Assembly: GCA_049320885.1 (NCBI GenBank)
Contig: JBMORA010000013.1
Location: forward strand, 87,264-151,263
DNA: 64,000 nucleotides
Source: Thermodesulfobacteriota bacterium
GTDB taxonomy: Bacteria; Desulfobacterota; Desulfobacteria; Desulfobacterales; SURF-7
Direction: 5' to 3'
This document shows positions 41,340-52,358 of this stretch, one piece after another. Numbering within the stretch: the first letter of the stretch is position 1; each line of letters starts with the position of its first letter. The position numbers were made by a program, and so were the translations under genes. The notes below the pieces were generated by a model that saw nothing but the letters and a program-made list of their open reading frames with translations, was not told the DNA's origin and searched no databases.

Positions 41340-42035
41340 ATGGCCAAAATCACACCAATTTCCCTGGAACGAAAAAAGGAACTGGCGCAGCCAGATGAAT
41401 TCATTTCCCTTTCGAGCCGGATGATTCAACACGTCGTCGAAAATAAAGAAAAAGTCGCCGGCGGTGTCGCTGCATTTCTCTTCCTGTGTCTTGTCGTCAT
41501 CGGGTATCAGTATGTTTCCAAGCGGTCGGAACTGAACGCATCCAACCTTCTGGGCCGGGAAACCATCCGGTACAAGGATGCACTGGCCAGCAAGAGCCCG
41601 GTGGAAGCGCTGCAGACGGTCAAGGCTCAATTCGATGCCTTGATCGACAAGCACGATGGAACCGTGGCAGGGAACATTGCCCATATCCGAATGGGGGATA
41701 TGCTGTTCGAAGCCGGTGATTATGATCAGGCCATTCAACACTACCAGGTGGCGCTCACTTCTTTTGGAAAGGATCCGGAGCTGAAGGATATGGTGCTGAG
41801 CAGCCTGGGATACGCCCATGAGGCCAAAGGAGACTGGTCGAAAGCGGTTGAATACTTCCAAACCGTATCAGAAAACAAGGAGGGTTCCATGCAGGATGAA
41901 GCCCTGTTTCATCTAGGAGTTCTGTATGCGGAGATGGGCGAGAAGGAAAAAAGCCGGAAAGCCTATCAGGAAATTATAGACAACCATCCGGATTCGTTAT
42001 ATTTGCCAATTGCCAAGGCGTTTTCTTTATCGTGA
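41340..42035 (+). CDS. YfgM-like membrane-anchored TPR protein
   Basis: ELAQPDEF N-terminus, one TM segment and TPR repeats. Confidence 0.8.
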   Translation: MAKITPISLERKKELAQPDEFISLSSRMIQHVVENKEKVAGGVAAFLFLCLVVIGYQYVSKRSELNASNLLGRETIRYKDALASKSPVEALQTVKAQFDALIDKHDGTVAGNIAHIRMGDMLFEAGDYDQAIQHYQVALTSFGKDPELKDMVLSSLGYAHEAKGDWSKAVEYFQTVSENKEGSMQDEALFHLGVLYAEMGEKEKSRKAYQEIIDNHPDSLYLPIAKAFSLS

Positions 42036-42061
42036 CAAGCTCACATTCGGAAGCATAACGT

Positions 42062-43285
42062 ATGATTCGCATTAATGAAAATTATCTCAAACTTCAGGCA
42101 GCTTATCTTTTCTCGGACATCGCCAGGCGCGTCACCGCGTTTCAGAATTCCAATCCGGGGAAAAAAATCATCCGGCTGGGAATCGGCGATGTGACCCGCG
42201 CCCTGCCGCCGGCTTGTATTGAAGCCTTCCACAAAGCTGTGGATGAGATGGCAGAGGACGGCACTTTCAGGGGATACGGACCGGAACAGGGATATCCGTT
42301 CCTGAGGGAAAAAATCGCCGCCTTGGATTTTCAATCGCGTGGCGCCGATATCAGTGCGGATGAAATCTTTATCAGCGACGGCGCCAAATGCGATACCGGC
42401 AATATCCAGGAGATTTTCGCCGCCGAGACGCGTATCGCCATCCCCGACCCGGTGTATCCGGTTTATCTGGATACAAACGTCATGGCGGGAAGAACCGGAG
42501 GTTTTCGAAACGGACGCTACGAAAATATTATCTACCTCGCCTGCACGCGGCAGAACCGATTTATCCCGGATCTGCCCGAAGCCCCGGTGGATTTGATCTA
42601 TCTCTGTTTTCCCAACAATCCCACCGGCGCATCGGCCACACGGGCGGAACTCCGGAAATGGGTTGATTTTGCACGGGATAACCGCGCCGTCATTCTTTTC
42701 GACGCCGCTTATGAAGCTTTTATCCAGGATCAGGACCTCCCCAAATCCATCTACGAAATCAGTGGCGCGCGGGAAGTGGCCATTGAGTTCAGGAGCTATT
42801 CAAAAACCGCCGGTTTCACGGGCACCCGCTGCGCATATACCGTAGTTCCCAGGGACTGCATCGCTTTTGATGAAGCCGGCGGCCGGCACTCCTTGCACCA
42901 ATTGTGGAATCGCCGCCATACAACCAAATTCAACGGCGTTTCCTATCCGGTGCAGCGGGCCGCCGAAGCCGTCTACACGCCGGAAGGAAGCCGGCAAACC
43001 CGTGAGCTGATCGCGTACTATATGAAAAACGCCGCCCTGATTCATTCGGAAATGACGGCCCTCGGATACGATTGCTCGGGCGGCATCAATTCCCCCTACA
43101 TCTGGGTCGATTGCCGCATGGATTCCTGGAAATTTTTTGACCGCCTGCTCACGGAGGCCGCTGTTGTCTGCACACCGGGCGCCGGTTTCGGTTTATGCGG
43201 GGAAGGCTTTATCCGCATCAGCGCTTTCAACAGCTATGAAAATGTCCACGAGGCAATGCAGCGAATCAGAACGGTATTGTCCTGA
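42062..43285 (+). CDS. dapL: LL-diaminopimelate aminotransferase
   Basis: [32 protein letters not shown] and [12 protein letters not shown]. Confidence 0.95.
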   Translation: MIRINENYLKLQAAYLFSDIARRVTAFQNSNPGKKIIRLGIGDVTRALPPACIEAFHKAVDEMAEDGTFRGYGPEQGYPFLREKIAALDFQSRGADISADEIFISDGAKCDTGNIQEIFAAETRIAIPDPVYPVYLDTNVMAGRTGGFRNGRYENIIYLACTRQNRFIPDLPEAPVDLIYLCFPNNPTGASATRAELRKWVDFARDNRAVILFDAAYEAFIQDQDLPKSIYEISGAREVAIEFRSYSKTAGFTGTRCAYTVVPRDCIAFDEAGGRHSLHQLWNRRHTTKFNGVSYPVQRAAEAVYTPEGSRQTRELIAYYMKNAALIHSEMTALGYDCSGGINSPYIWVDCRMDSWKFFDRLLTEAAVVCTPGAGFGLCGEGFIRISAFNSYENVHEAMQRIRTVLS

Positions 43286-43304
43286 CCAGCGGAAATCTAT
43301 CAGC

Positions 43305-44975
43305 ATGAATCTTCGGTCTTGCGTGATCCCCCCCGGTTGTTTCCGGTACGGCGTCCATAAGCCCCGTTACCGTGTGCGGAACCAGCGCGAAAAGGATTAT
43401 GTAACCAGCCTGGGAACCGCTACGAACGGAAGTGATTGCCGGAACCACGCCAATTTCCCGTCCGCCTCCGTGGAAGTGGAACAAGCCGACACCATCTTTG
43501 AAATCAACAATCCCTTTCCTTTCCGGGGCACAACCTATATCACAAAAAGCTGGGCCGATGAAAAAGCGGACGATCCGGATCTCATTCAACTGCCGGCACC
43601 TTCTCCGGTCTCTTTCCACCAATTCATCCGGCAATTGCAGGAAAAAGGACTCCCCAACAACACCCCGGAGGAAACCATTCTGGCGTTGCTGCCAGAACAG
43701 ATGCTGCTCGCATTGGCCGTGACGTCCACCGACCCGGAAGATTTGGTCTGTCTCGCCCGGCTCAGCTGCGATTTTGACTGGAAAAAACAAGCCGGTGAAC
43801 CAGGAGGCCTCCGGTTTAAAAAAACAACGGACGGAAAGATCAGGCCGCTGATCCATAACCCCGTGCTTTTTGAAGCCCTGGCAAACAACCCATGCCTTCC
43901 TGACAATTACAAGGAAATCATGGTTCTCAGACCCGGAATCCAAGGCGGCAGCGAAATTGTCGGCGAGTGGCGCTCACCGGAAGGAGCCAGCCATGTTTTT
44001 GAATATCTGCGGCGCAACAGCTATATTCCCTGGGGACATTATGCCGCCAATATGGCCGACGATGCCATTCGCTACCGCATTCATGACCTGACCCTTGATG
44101 ACATTACCGGCATGCGGCATTTATACTACCAGAGAACCTACATCCGCATGGGGCAGCAGTTGCGCCTGCCCTTGCCGCCGCAACGAAAAGCGATTTCCAT
44201 CACGGAGCTGGAAGCCTTGCGGATTGCCATCAGGTCGGCGATTTCAGAAAAAAAAACCGCCGAAGCTCCGCTTTTTAATGCAACGTTGTGGGGATGGAAT
44301 TTCGGCTTTGATTTTTCTCCCAGCCATTACCGCCTGCATGCCTCCCACCAGCAGATTCACCAGCAATTCGCCCTGATTCCGCAGTCGACCATCATGGAGG
44401 ACGCGTCTGCCCCCTCCCATGAAAGCACGGAAGCAGGGTATCCGACATACTCCTGCGGTGATTTGCTGCAGGATGTTGTTGCCGTTTACCGGAAAAGGTA
44501 CCAGCGGAATTTCTTCTCCGATTATTTCCAGGCCATGCGCACCAATAGAAGATTCGACGGCCGCGCGGATCGGGAGAGCAGTCTGATCATCCATGAGGAC
44601 AACAACATCCTGCTTTTTGTCCCCAAAGCCCAGACCGCCCAATGGGAAATCCAAATCGTCACCCTGATGCCGATCGGGAACATTCTGGAAGCAAACACGA
44701 GTGTACGAAAATCAATCGATTACGGCATGTTCATGGCCATGAAAATTCTCTCCCGCATGGGCGCGGCCATGATCACAACCATTGAATACTCCCGCCGTTT
44801 CGATCCACCCGATCCGGATTTTCATTTGGTGTATGCGTTTTTACCCAAAATGCCGGAATCCCCGGGTGCTTTCAGCGAATCCCAGCTTCGCTGGATCAAT
44901 GGGCATTACCCGGAGGATTTTGCCGCCGCATGCCGGCGCGCATGGCGAATGGTCCCGGAAGCTCACCACTTGTGA
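43305..44975 (+). CDS. uncharacterised protein with a divergent GalT/HIT-like C-terminal half
   Basis: NFG...HASHQQIHQQ, IIHEDNNILLFVPKAQ..WE and GAFSE..WINGHYPEDFAAACR align by eye with GalT-family motifs. Confidence 0.6.
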   Translation: MNLRSCVIPPGCFRYGVHKPRYRVRNQREKDYVTSLGTATNGSDCRNHANFPSASVEVEQADTIFEINNPFPFRGTTYITKSWADEKADDPDLIQLPAPSPVSFHQFIRQLQEKGLPNNTPEETILALLPEQMLLALAVTSTDPEDLVCLARLSCDFDWKKQAGEPGGLRFKKTTDGKIRPLIHNPVLFEALANNPCLPDNYKEIMVLRPGIQGGSEIVGEWRSPEGASHVFEYLRRNSYIPWGHYAANMADDAIRYRIHDLTLDDITGMRHLYYQRTYIRMGQQLRLPLPPQRKAISITELEALRIAIRSAISEKKTAEAPLFNATLWGWNFGFDFSPSHYRLHASHQQIHQQFALIPQSTIMEDASAPSHESTEAGYPTYSCGDLLQDVVAVYRKRYQRNFFSDYFQAMRTNRRFDGRADRESSLIIHEDNNILLFVPKAQTAQWEIQIVTLMPIGNILEANTSVRKSIDYGMFMAMKILSRMGAAMITTIEYSRRFDPPDPDFHLVYAFLPKMPESPGAFSESQLRWINGHYPEDFAAACRRAWRMVPEAHHL

Positions 44976-45445
44976 ATGATATGATCGCCGATACATTTGG
45001 CGATTTCGTTTTGATACTGAACAAATTGGGTTCCCATCACATTCAACAGATACGACATGACTTGATAGCCGCAGACAGGATCCTTTTCAAACATATCGAT
45101 CAGCCGGTTTTTATCGATCTTTACAACCTCGCAGCTTTGAGTGGCGCAATATCCGGACAGTCTGTAGTTGTGCGGCGAGGCAAAGCATGACCAGCCGAAT
45201 GTCTGGGCCTTGGATATAAAAGAGATGGACTGACGCTTATCGGCGGGCACGTCCTCCTGTTCCAGATGGAGATCAACCTGGCCTTTCTTGACTATCCAAA
45301 GGTGGGTGGCTTCTTCATCTTGCATGAAAAGCCGATCCCCGAGTTTAAATTCTTCAATGCTGCTGCTGTCCTGGATGAGTTTTAACTGAGCGTTATTCAA
45401 TCCGCCAAAGGCTTCCACATTTTTCAGAAAATCAAGACTGATCAT
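44963..45445 (-). CDS. stand-alone cyclic-nucleotide-binding domain protein
   Basis: F..GDRLF...HLWIVKKGQV..FGWS; no HTH. Confidence 0.85.
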   Translation of the reverse strand: MISLDFLKNVEAFGGLNNAQLKLIQDSSSIEEFKLGDRLFMQDEEATHLWIVKKGQVDLHLEQEDVPADKRQSISFISKAQTFGWSCFASPHNYRLSGYCATQSCEVVKIDKNRLIDMFEKDPVCGYQVMSYLLNVMGTQFVQYQNEIAKCIGDHIIHKW

Positions 45446-45484
45446 ATATCCTCCCTCTCGAATTATATCATGATTGGCGGACAG

Positions 45485-45952
45485 CTAAATTGCACAGGAC
45501 TTTGCAATGGCAGAGTTCCTCAACAGCTCAAATCGAGAAGCAATCACCCGCAGCAGATAGGCAGTAACGATATATCCCATCCGATTGTCTTTCTGAAACA
45601 TCTTCACAAGCGCCGCTGTATCCAATTTCACGACGCGGCAGGTTCTCGATGTGCAATAAGCCGAAAGGGTATATTTAAAGGGCGGTACCAGGCTCGACCA
45701 GCCGATCAGCATTTTGGGGTGGAGGGTTGAAATCGTATTTTCCGCAGCAGTCGGACGAGCGGGTAAATCGAATCGCAAATCCACCAGTCCTTCTTTGAGC
45801 AACCATAAATGCTTGGCGTCTTCTTTTTCCGAGAACAATTTGTCCCCTTCCTGAAATTCCTCCTCGACACAGCATGTGGAAACGGTTGCCAACTCTTCGT
45901 CGTTAAGGCGGCTGAACACTTCCGCCTGTTTCAAGAAGCCCAAATCAACCAT
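45485..45952 (-). CDS. stand-alone cyclic-nucleotide-binding domain protein (paralog of neighbour)
   Basis: FLKQAEVF..GDKLF..HLWLLKEGLV..IGWSS; RBS AGGAGG. Confidence 0.85.
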   Translation of the reverse strand: MVDLGFLKQAEVFSRLNDEELATVSTCCVEEEFQEGDKLFSEKEDAKHLWLLKEGLVDLRFDLPARPTAAENTISTLHPKMLIGWSSLVPPFKYTLSAYCTSRTCRVVKLDTAALVKMFQKDNRMGYIVTAYLLRVIASRFELLRNSAIAKSCAI

Positions 45953-46134
45953 TACGCCTCCTTTCCGGCTCATCTGTTATTATGGGATTTTGTAAAAAAG
46001 TATAGGCCAAGAAAAACATGGTGTCAAACAAAACAATGGCATAGCTGCACTTCTTGACAAAGCGCATCAAAATATGATGTGGTGCCGGATCAAACGTATC
46101 CAGAAACCACTCGAATGTCTGAAAAGGATGCTTC

Positions 46135-46887
46135 ATGAAAAAAATCGGTATTATCGGTGGATCCGGGCTGGATAATCCGGGGATTCTGCACAATGAACAC
46201 ACCCATCGAGTCACAACCCCCTTTGGCGAACCATCTTCAGACCTTCAAGCGGGTCTGATTGAAAATGTAGAGGTTGTCCTGTTGGCCAGACACGGTCGAA
46301 AACACCAACTCAGTCCTTCCCAGATCAATTACCGCGCGAATATCCATGCCCTCAAGGAAGCCGGTGCGACACATATTCTTGCCACTACTGCTTGCGGAAG
46401 CCTGCGGGAAGAAATCGGACGGGGCGACTTCGTCATTCTGGATCAACTCATCGACTTTACACGCTGCCGCAGGACAACCTTCTTCGATTCTTTTGCGGAC
46501 GGTCCGCACCATACTTCCATGGCCGATCCATTCCATCCGGAACTTCGCAAAATTTTATATGAGACGGCCGTGCAACTCGGTTTGCCGACCCATCCGACCG
46601 GCACTGTCATCACCATTGAGGGACCAAGATTCTCCACCAGGGCGGAATCCAGGATGTTCCGCGCCTGGGGGGCCGATGTCATCAACATGTCCATCGCACC
46701 AGAAGCGGTACTGGCCAACGAGGCCGGTATTCCCTATGCCGCCGTGGCCATGTCCACGGACTATGACTGCTGGAAAGAAGACGAAGCGCCTGTTTCCTGG
46801 GATGAAATTTTAACAGTGTTCCACCAGAATGCCGAAAATGTGAAAAAACTGCTGATCCTTTCAATTTCTAAAATAGGAAGAGGTTGA
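46135..46887 (+). CDS. mtnP: S-methyl-5'-thioadenosine phosphorylase
   Basis: [29 protein letters not shown] and STDYDCW. Confidence 0.93.
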   Translation: MKKIGIIGGSGLDNPGILHNEHTHRVTTPFGEPSSDLQAGLIENVEVVLLARHGRKHQLSPSQINYRANIHALKEAGATHILATTACGSLREEIGRGDFVILDQLIDFTRCRRTTFFDSFADGPHHTSMADPFHPELRKILYETAVQLGLPTHPTGTVITIEGPRFSTRAESRMFRAWGADVINMSIAPEAVLANEAGIPYAAVAMSTDYDCWKEDEAPVSWDEILTVFHQNAENVKKLLILSISKIGRG

Positions 46888-46888
46888 T

Positions 46889-47410
46889 ATGAATATAAAG
46901 GATACGATCCGAACCATTCCAAACTGGCCCATTGAAGGCGTCATGTTTCGTGACATCACCACCCTCATCCAGGATCCAGCCGCTTTTAAAGCCACCTGCG
47001 ATCTTTTTTACGCGCGCTACAAAGGCCGTCCCATCGATAAAATCGTGGCCATCGACGCGCGCGGTTTCATCTTTGGGGCGGTGTTGGCGTACAGACTGAA
47101 TCGCGGGTTGGTTCCGGTACGCAAAAAAGGGAAACTCCCTTACAGCACCATCAGCGCGGCATACACCCTTGAATATGGTGACAATGTCGTGGAAATGCAC
47201 AGCGATGCGGTCAGGGCCGGAGAAAAAGTGGTGATTATCGATGATTTGATTGCAACCGGCGGAACGGTTGCGGCAGCTGTTCAACTGGTTGAAAAACTCG
47301 GTGGGCAAATTGAAGAGCTTGCCTTCGTCATTGAACTCCCCGATCTGAAAGGACGCGAAAAAATAAAAGGGTACAATGTCTTTGCAATAACGGAGTTTGA
47401 AGGTGAATGA
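46889..47410 (+). CDS. apt: adenine phosphoribosyltransferase
   Basis: GVMFRDIT, ARGF, RKKGKLP, YTLEYG and DDLIATGGT. Confidence 0.96.
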   Translation: MNIKDTIRTIPNWPIEGVMFRDITTLIQDPAAFKATCDLFYARYKGRPIDKIVAIDARGFIFGAVLAYRLNRGLVPVRKKGKLPYSTISAAYTLEYGDNVVEMHSDAVRAGEKVVIIDDLIATGGTVAAAVQLVEKLGGQIEELAFVIELPDLKGREKIKGYNVFAITEFEGE

Positions 47411-48444
47411 GCGAATCGTCCAAAGACGGCGCTTCCGGCTTATTTCGAAAACCGCTGCAAATCGGAAACAAGCGAATTCATAACCGCTTGTTTCTCGCAC
47501 CCATGTCAGGCCTTGGACATGTGGCCCTGCGGGAATTGATCGCCGCTTTCGGCGGTCATGGTCTGCTGTTCACCGAAATGTGCAATGCGCGGATGCTTCC
47601 CCATGAGAACCGATTGATTTCAACGGTTTTTCGATGGCGGGATGCGGAGCTCCCCCACCTGGTGTGCCAACTTTTGGGAGATGATCCGGAAATAATGGCC
47701 GCTGCGGCCGAACGGGTGGCGGAGGAACGATTTTTTGGCGTGGACCTCAACATGGGTTGCGCGGTTACCGGCATTTGCAGACAGAACTGCGGCGCGGCCC
47801 TGTTACATAATCCCGACCTCGCGGTACAGATCATCCGGTCCGTAAGAAATCGCGTGACCATTCCTGTTTTCGTCAAATACCGGACAGGCTGGACAGATGA
47901 CTGCGATAACGCCGTAAGCCTCGCGAAACGGTTCCAGGATGCCGGCGCCGATGCCCTGACCTTTCATCCCCGGGTAGCGCCCGACCGTCGCTCCAGACCT
48001 CCAAAATGGGAATATATCCGGAAAGTGAAAGAAAATGTGGCCATACCCGTATTCGGAAACGGAAATGTGTTCGATGAAAACGATTATCGCTCCATGCTGG
48101 CCACCACCGGTTGTGACGGAATTGCCATCGGTAGAATCGCTGTCGCCAAGCCTTGGATTTTTCGGGTATGGACCGAAGGATATCAGCCACCACGAGATAT
48201 ATACAAGAGCACGGCGCTAAAAATGGCCGACCTGCTGGAAAGCCATTTCGAGCCCGCCGTCGCCCTTAAGCATTTTAAAAAATTCGCCCTCTATTTTTCC
48301 GGAAATTTCCGCTTCGGACATGCCGTCCAAAAGCAACTATTCCCGGCAAATTGCATGGACGACATCCGGCAAAATATCCAGCGCGTTTTCGATACGGATC
48401 CAGAAGAGTCGGTTCGTCCGAACTTGAACCTATTCAATGCGTGA
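47407..48444 (+). CDS. tRNA-dihydrouridine synthase family protein
   Basis: LAPM, TEM, DLNMGC, GAALL, HPR and GNG motifs. Confidence 0.88.
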   Translation: MSESSKDGASGLFRKPLQIGNKRIHNRLFLAPMSGLGHVALRELIAAFGGHGLLFTEMCNARMLPHENRLISTVFRWRDAELPHLVCQLLGDDPEIMAAAAERVAEERFFGVDLNMGCAVTGICRQNCGAALLHNPDLAVQIIRSVRNRVTIPVFVKYRTGWTDDCDNAVSLAKRFQDAGADALTFHPRVAPDRRSRPPKWEYIRKVKENVAIPVFGNGNVFDENDYRSMLATTGCDGIAIGRIAVAKPWIFRVWTEGYQPPRDIYKSTALKMADLLESHFEPAVALKHFKKFALYFSGNFRFGHAVQKQLFPANCMDDIRQNIQRVFDTDPEESVRPNLNLFNA

Positions 48445-48496
48445 CAAGCTGCCTTGGGGATTGCAGATAACCATCAGGGGTAATGGAGGCATACCG

Positions 48497-49372
48497 TCAG
48501 CTCGTTACATTCCTGTCCATGTTGAGAAGTCTTATGGCGTTTAACCCGCAGATCGCCGTCAGATCTTCTTGAGACAGTCCCGCCGCTGGTTCTTTCATTT
48601 CCCCAAAATACCTTCCGGGTTTCAGCAGCGGATAATCGCTGCCGAAAAGGCATTTTTCCCTTCCCGCCAATCTCATGGCGAATTGATAAATCAGCGGTGA
48701 ATACAGAAACGGCGAGGCGGCCGTATCGTAATACACATTGGTTAGCGTTTCCCGAACCTCTTTTTTCAGCAGCAGGAAAAAAAAGACCCCACCCCCCCAA
48801 TGGGCTAAAACGATTTTGTTATGGGGAAACCATTTGGGGATTTGGTATATCTGGGCCAGTGTATTGGGTGTCTTCCCCGGATAGGAATGACCCACCGGCT
48901 CATTCGTATGGATCATCACTGGCAGATCCTTTTCCAGGCAGAGCGCCATAATGGGTTGCAGCCTTCTCAGCATTTCTTCTTCAATCCCGGATTGGTAAAA
49001 GGCCAATTCCCCCACTCCGGACATCCCCGCATCCAGACAGCGTGCCACCTCCCGATATGCGCCGTCATTCAGCGCGTCCACACAGCAAAATCCTTTCAAC
49101 CGTTTCGGATACCTTGCCATCGCCGCGAGAATATCATCATTGTGAAACCGGACGGTATCTGGATTGCGCCAGGGAAAGCCGAAAATCACCGACACATCCA
49201 CACCATCTTGATCCATGGCCGCGATGATTTCCTCCGCGCCTGTCATCCTGGCGCGGGATGAATCATACAGCAGCTTGAATTCCGGCTCATTGGTGAAAAA
49301 AAGCGCCCGGTCGTCCCGGATTTTTTTTGGAAACAAATGGGTATGAAAATCAATAATCATATCAGGATGCAT
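48497..49372 (-). CDS. amidohydrolase_2 family protein
   Basis: IDFHTH, GVGE, AHWGGG, YYDTAA and FGSDYP motifs. Confidence 0.88.
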   Translation of the reverse strand: MHPDMIIDFHTHLFPKKIRDDRALFFTNEPEFKLLYDSSRARMTGAEEIIAAMDQDGVDVSVIFGFPWRNPDTVRFHNDDILAAMARYPKRLKGFCCVDALNDGAYREVARCLDAGMSGVGELAFYQSGIEEEMLRRLQPIMALCLEKDLPVMIHTNEPVGHSYPGKTPNTLAQIYQIPKWFPHNKIVLAHWGGGVFFFLLLKKEVRETLTNVYYDTAASPFLYSPLIYQFAMRLAGREKCLFGSDYPLLKPGRYFGEMKEPAAGLSQEDLTAICGLNAIRLLNMDRNVTS

Positions 49373-49817
49373 CCGTATTGCTTTTTTCAGGGGGTATGGG
49401 AACTTTATATACGTTGATGCCTTCCTCCTTCAGCAGTTTTTCTTCCGCCAGCGTGCTCACCCCCCTGATATTTCTCGGCTCCGAGACTCCGTAATGAATT
49501 TTCAGCGCCTCCTTGGTGAAATCGCATCCGACATCGTCGAAATTCTTTTCGATGAAATCATATAATTTGCGGCTCAAGCGGTCTCTGATGACTTCCGCCT
49601 CCGTTACCGGAATCGTTGGTCCGTCGGAAGCGGCCGGCAGATGTTGCCGGTTGCCTTTTTTTATTCCGAAATTGGAAAGTTTTCGTACGATTTCTATATC
49701 TTCGCAAACAGGACAAGAAACCAGCCCCTGTTGAAGTTGCTCCTCAAAACTGGAACCGCTTTCAAACCAGCCTTCAAAAACATGCCCGTTTCTGCATTCC
49801 AGATCAAAAACAATCAT
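49362..49817 (-). CDS. DUF1178 family protein
   Basis: MIVFDLECRNGHVFEGWF..CPVC..DVG..F.KEALKIHYG..RNIRG. Confidence 0.88.
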   Translation of the reverse strand: MIVFDLECRNGHVFEGWFESGSSFEEQLQQGLVSCPVCEDIEIVRKLSNFGIKKGNRQHLPAASDGPTIPVTEAEVIRDRLSRKLYDFIEKNFDDVGCDFTKEALKIHYGVSEPRNIRGVSTLAEEKLLKEEGINVYKVPIPPEKSNTDAS

Positions 49818-50087
49818 GGTGTCGTTCGATGGCCTCCTTTTTTCCTTCGATGTTTCTGAAATGATATCATAACCAAAATAGAGATGAAAGACAATATCGG
49901 GATCATGGGCAGCGGCATTCAGCCGAATGCCGTGGGGGTACGAGCCGGATAAGCCAAAAAAAACTTGCCGTTCGGTCATAACCGTTCTATTACATCTAAG
50001 TATACGGTTCCGGGGAAAGGTACGCCGGCCGCTTGGAAAAAATCCCTCTTTTTCCAATCATTCAAAGAAACGTGGAGGCCGTGTTTG

Positions 50088-50627
50088 ATGAAAAAAATAT
50101 GTCTTGTCATGATCTGTCTTGTATTTTCGTCAAAAGCCGTCCAGGCCGTAAGTATGTACATCAACGATGTCGTCAATGTTTCCATGCGTATCGGACCGGG
50201 CTTGAATCAAGAAGTGATCCAAATGATCAAATCCGGTCAGAAGGTTGACGTCATTGAACAGACAAAGGATTGGACCTTGGTGCGTCTTCCGAACAATAAG
50301 GAAGGCTGGGTTCTCAGCCGGTATCTTTCCAGCGAACAGCCCAATAGTTATCTGTTACAGATATTGAAGGATGAACACCAAAAACTGATCTCCAGGGCCG
50401 AAACCATGCAGCAGCAATATGCCTCCATGAAACGCGATAACGAGCAACTGACCGCGGAAATCGATAAACAGAAGCAGAAATTATTGGAAATCCAGATGAC
50501 CTGTGATTCCCTGCGGGATGAACGGAATCTTCATCTGTTTTTAATAGGAGCCGGTATTCTGCTGCTGGGTTTTTTCATTGGTTACAGCACCAAAAACAAT
50601 CGCCGACGATCTTCCCTGATTTCTTGA
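50088..50627 (+). CDS. TIGR04211-type SH3 domain protein
   Basis: Signal peptide, SH3 (MRIGPG..GWV), coiled coil, C-terminal TM and RRR tail. Confidence 0.85.
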   Translation: MKKICLVMICLVFSSKAVQAVSMYINDVVNVSMRIGPGLNQEVIQMIKSGQKVDVIEQTKDWTLVRLPNNKEGWVLSRYLSSEQPNSYLLQILKDEHQKLISRAETMQQQYASMKRDNEQLTAEIDKQKQKLLEIQMTCDSLRDERNLHLFLIGAGILLLGFFIGYSTKNNRRRSSLIS

Positions 50628-50717
50628 CCGTTCGGCCCCCTGAAACCCAACGGTATTATAAGCCGTTTGGGTTCCGATTTTCGAATGTTAACCCAATGAT
50701 GAAAAAAAGCACGCAAC

Positions 50718-52355
50718 ATGAACTATCAAAGTGATTTTCTGATCATCGGCAGCGGAGTGGCGGGATTGTCCTTTGCACTGAAAGTGGCGGATTTCGGATC
50801 GGTGATATTGGTCACCAAGAAAAAAGCCGCCGACTCCAACACTCAGCATGCCCAGGGCGGGATTGCGTCCGTTTTCAGCCGGCTGGACTCATTCGATCTG
50901 CATATACAGGATACACTCGAGGCCGGAGACGGCCTTTGCCACCCCGATGTGGTGGAAACCGTAATCAAAAATGGCCCGGAAAGAATTAAGGAATTAATGT
51001 CCCTGGGCGTCCGCTTCAACCTCAAACCCGAAAATTCTTCCGGCCATGTTGACATGAACCTGTCCCTTGGTCGTGAAGGCGGACATTCACAAAAACGAAT
51101 TGTTCATTCTCAGGATATGACCGGCAAGGAGGTCGAACGCGTACTCCTCGATCATGTGAAAAACCATCCGAACATCTCTCTCCTTGAAAACCATATCGCC
51201 ATTGATTTAATAACCTATTCAACAAGAATGAAAAGAGGTCAGATCACCACCACCCATGAGGATATTTGCTGCGGCGCCTATGTTCTTGATCACGAATCAA
51301 ATCAGGTTAAAACCTTTGCGGCCAAAGTGACCATCCTGGCGACGGGCGGGACCGGAAAAGTCTATTTATATACCAGCAACCCCGATATTTCCACAGGCGA
51401 CGGGATTGCGATGGCATACAGAGCCGGAGCCACTGTTGCGAATCTGGAATTCGTCCAGTTTCACCCCACCTGCCTCTACCATCCGGATGCCAAAAATTTT
51501 TTGATTTCAGAAGCGGTCCGCGGCGAAGGCGGTCGTCTGCTGACAGCCGAGGGGCAACCTTTCATGGGGAAATATGATCCCCGCCAGGAACTGGCCTGCC
51601 GCGACGTTGTTGCCAGAGCCATCGATACAGAATTGAAAACGAGTGGCCAGGACTGCGTCTACCTGGATATTTCCCATCTTTCCTCCGATTTTGTCATGAA
51701 CCGTTTCCCCAACCTGTACGCCCAATGTTTGCATTTTGGTTATGATATGACCAAAGAGCCGATACCGGTTGTTCCCGCCGCCCATTACATGTGTGGAGGG
51801 GTTGCCACGGATCTGCTCGGCCGAACCGAAATCCAGGGTCTCTACGCCGTGGGTGAAACCGCCTGTACCGGACTTCACGGAGCCAACCGTCTGGCCAGCA
51901 ATTCATTGCTGGAAGCCCTGGTATATGCCCACAACGCCGCCCGGCAATCGCTCGAATATCTGAAATCCTCGTCCTTTTCCATGCCGGCACTGGCCCCTTG
52001 GGACGAAGTGGGCACAACCGACAGCGACGAAGTTATCATGGTGACTCAAAATTGGGATGAAATCAGAAGATTGATGTGGAATTATGTCGGCATCGTCCGA
52101 TCGGACAACCGCTTGTCGCGGGCCAAACGGCGTATTGAAATCATTCTGCAGGAAATTCAGGAATATTACTGGGATTTCAAGGTGACAGCGGACTTGATCG
52201 AATTACGCAACATTGCCATTGTCGCTGATCTGATCATACGTTCCGCCACCCATCGAAAAGAAAGCCGCGGGCTGCATTACAATATCAAATATCCGGAGCG
52301 CAATGACGCCAAGTGGCAAAAAGATACAATCTTGCGCAGGCCGTTTGTCGGATGA
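50718..52355 (+). CDS. nadB: L-aspartate oxidase
   Basis: GSGVAG, AQGGIA, REGGHS, QFHPT, EAVRGEG, HGANRLASNSLLE and ESRGLHY. Confidence 0.96.
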   Translation: MNYQSDFLIIGSGVAGLSFALKVADFGSVILVTKKKAADSNTQHAQGGIASVFSRLDSFDLHIQDTLEAGDGLCHPDVVETVIKNGPERIKELMSLGVRFNLKPENSSGHVDMNLSLGREGGHSQKRIVHSQDMTGKEVERVLLDHVKNHPNISLLENHIAIDLITYSTRMKRGQITTTHEDICCGAYVLDHESNQVKTFAAKVTILATGGTGKVYLYTSNPDISTGDGIAMAYRAGATVANLEFVQFHPTCLYHPDAKNFLISEAVRGEGGRLLTAEGQPFMGKYDPRQELACRDVVARAIDTELKTSGQDCVYLDISHLSSDFVMNRFPNLYAQCLHFGYDMTKEPIPVVPAAHYMCGGVATDLLGRTEIQGLYAVGETACTGLHGANRLASNSLLEALVYAHNAARQSLEYLKSSSFSMPALAPWDEVGTTDSDEVIMVTQNWDEIRRLMWNYVGIVRSDNRLSRAKRRIEIILQEIQEYYWDFKVTADLIELRNIAIVADLIIRSATHRKESRGLHYNIKYPERNDAKWQKDTILRRPFVG

Positions 52356-52358
52356 GAT

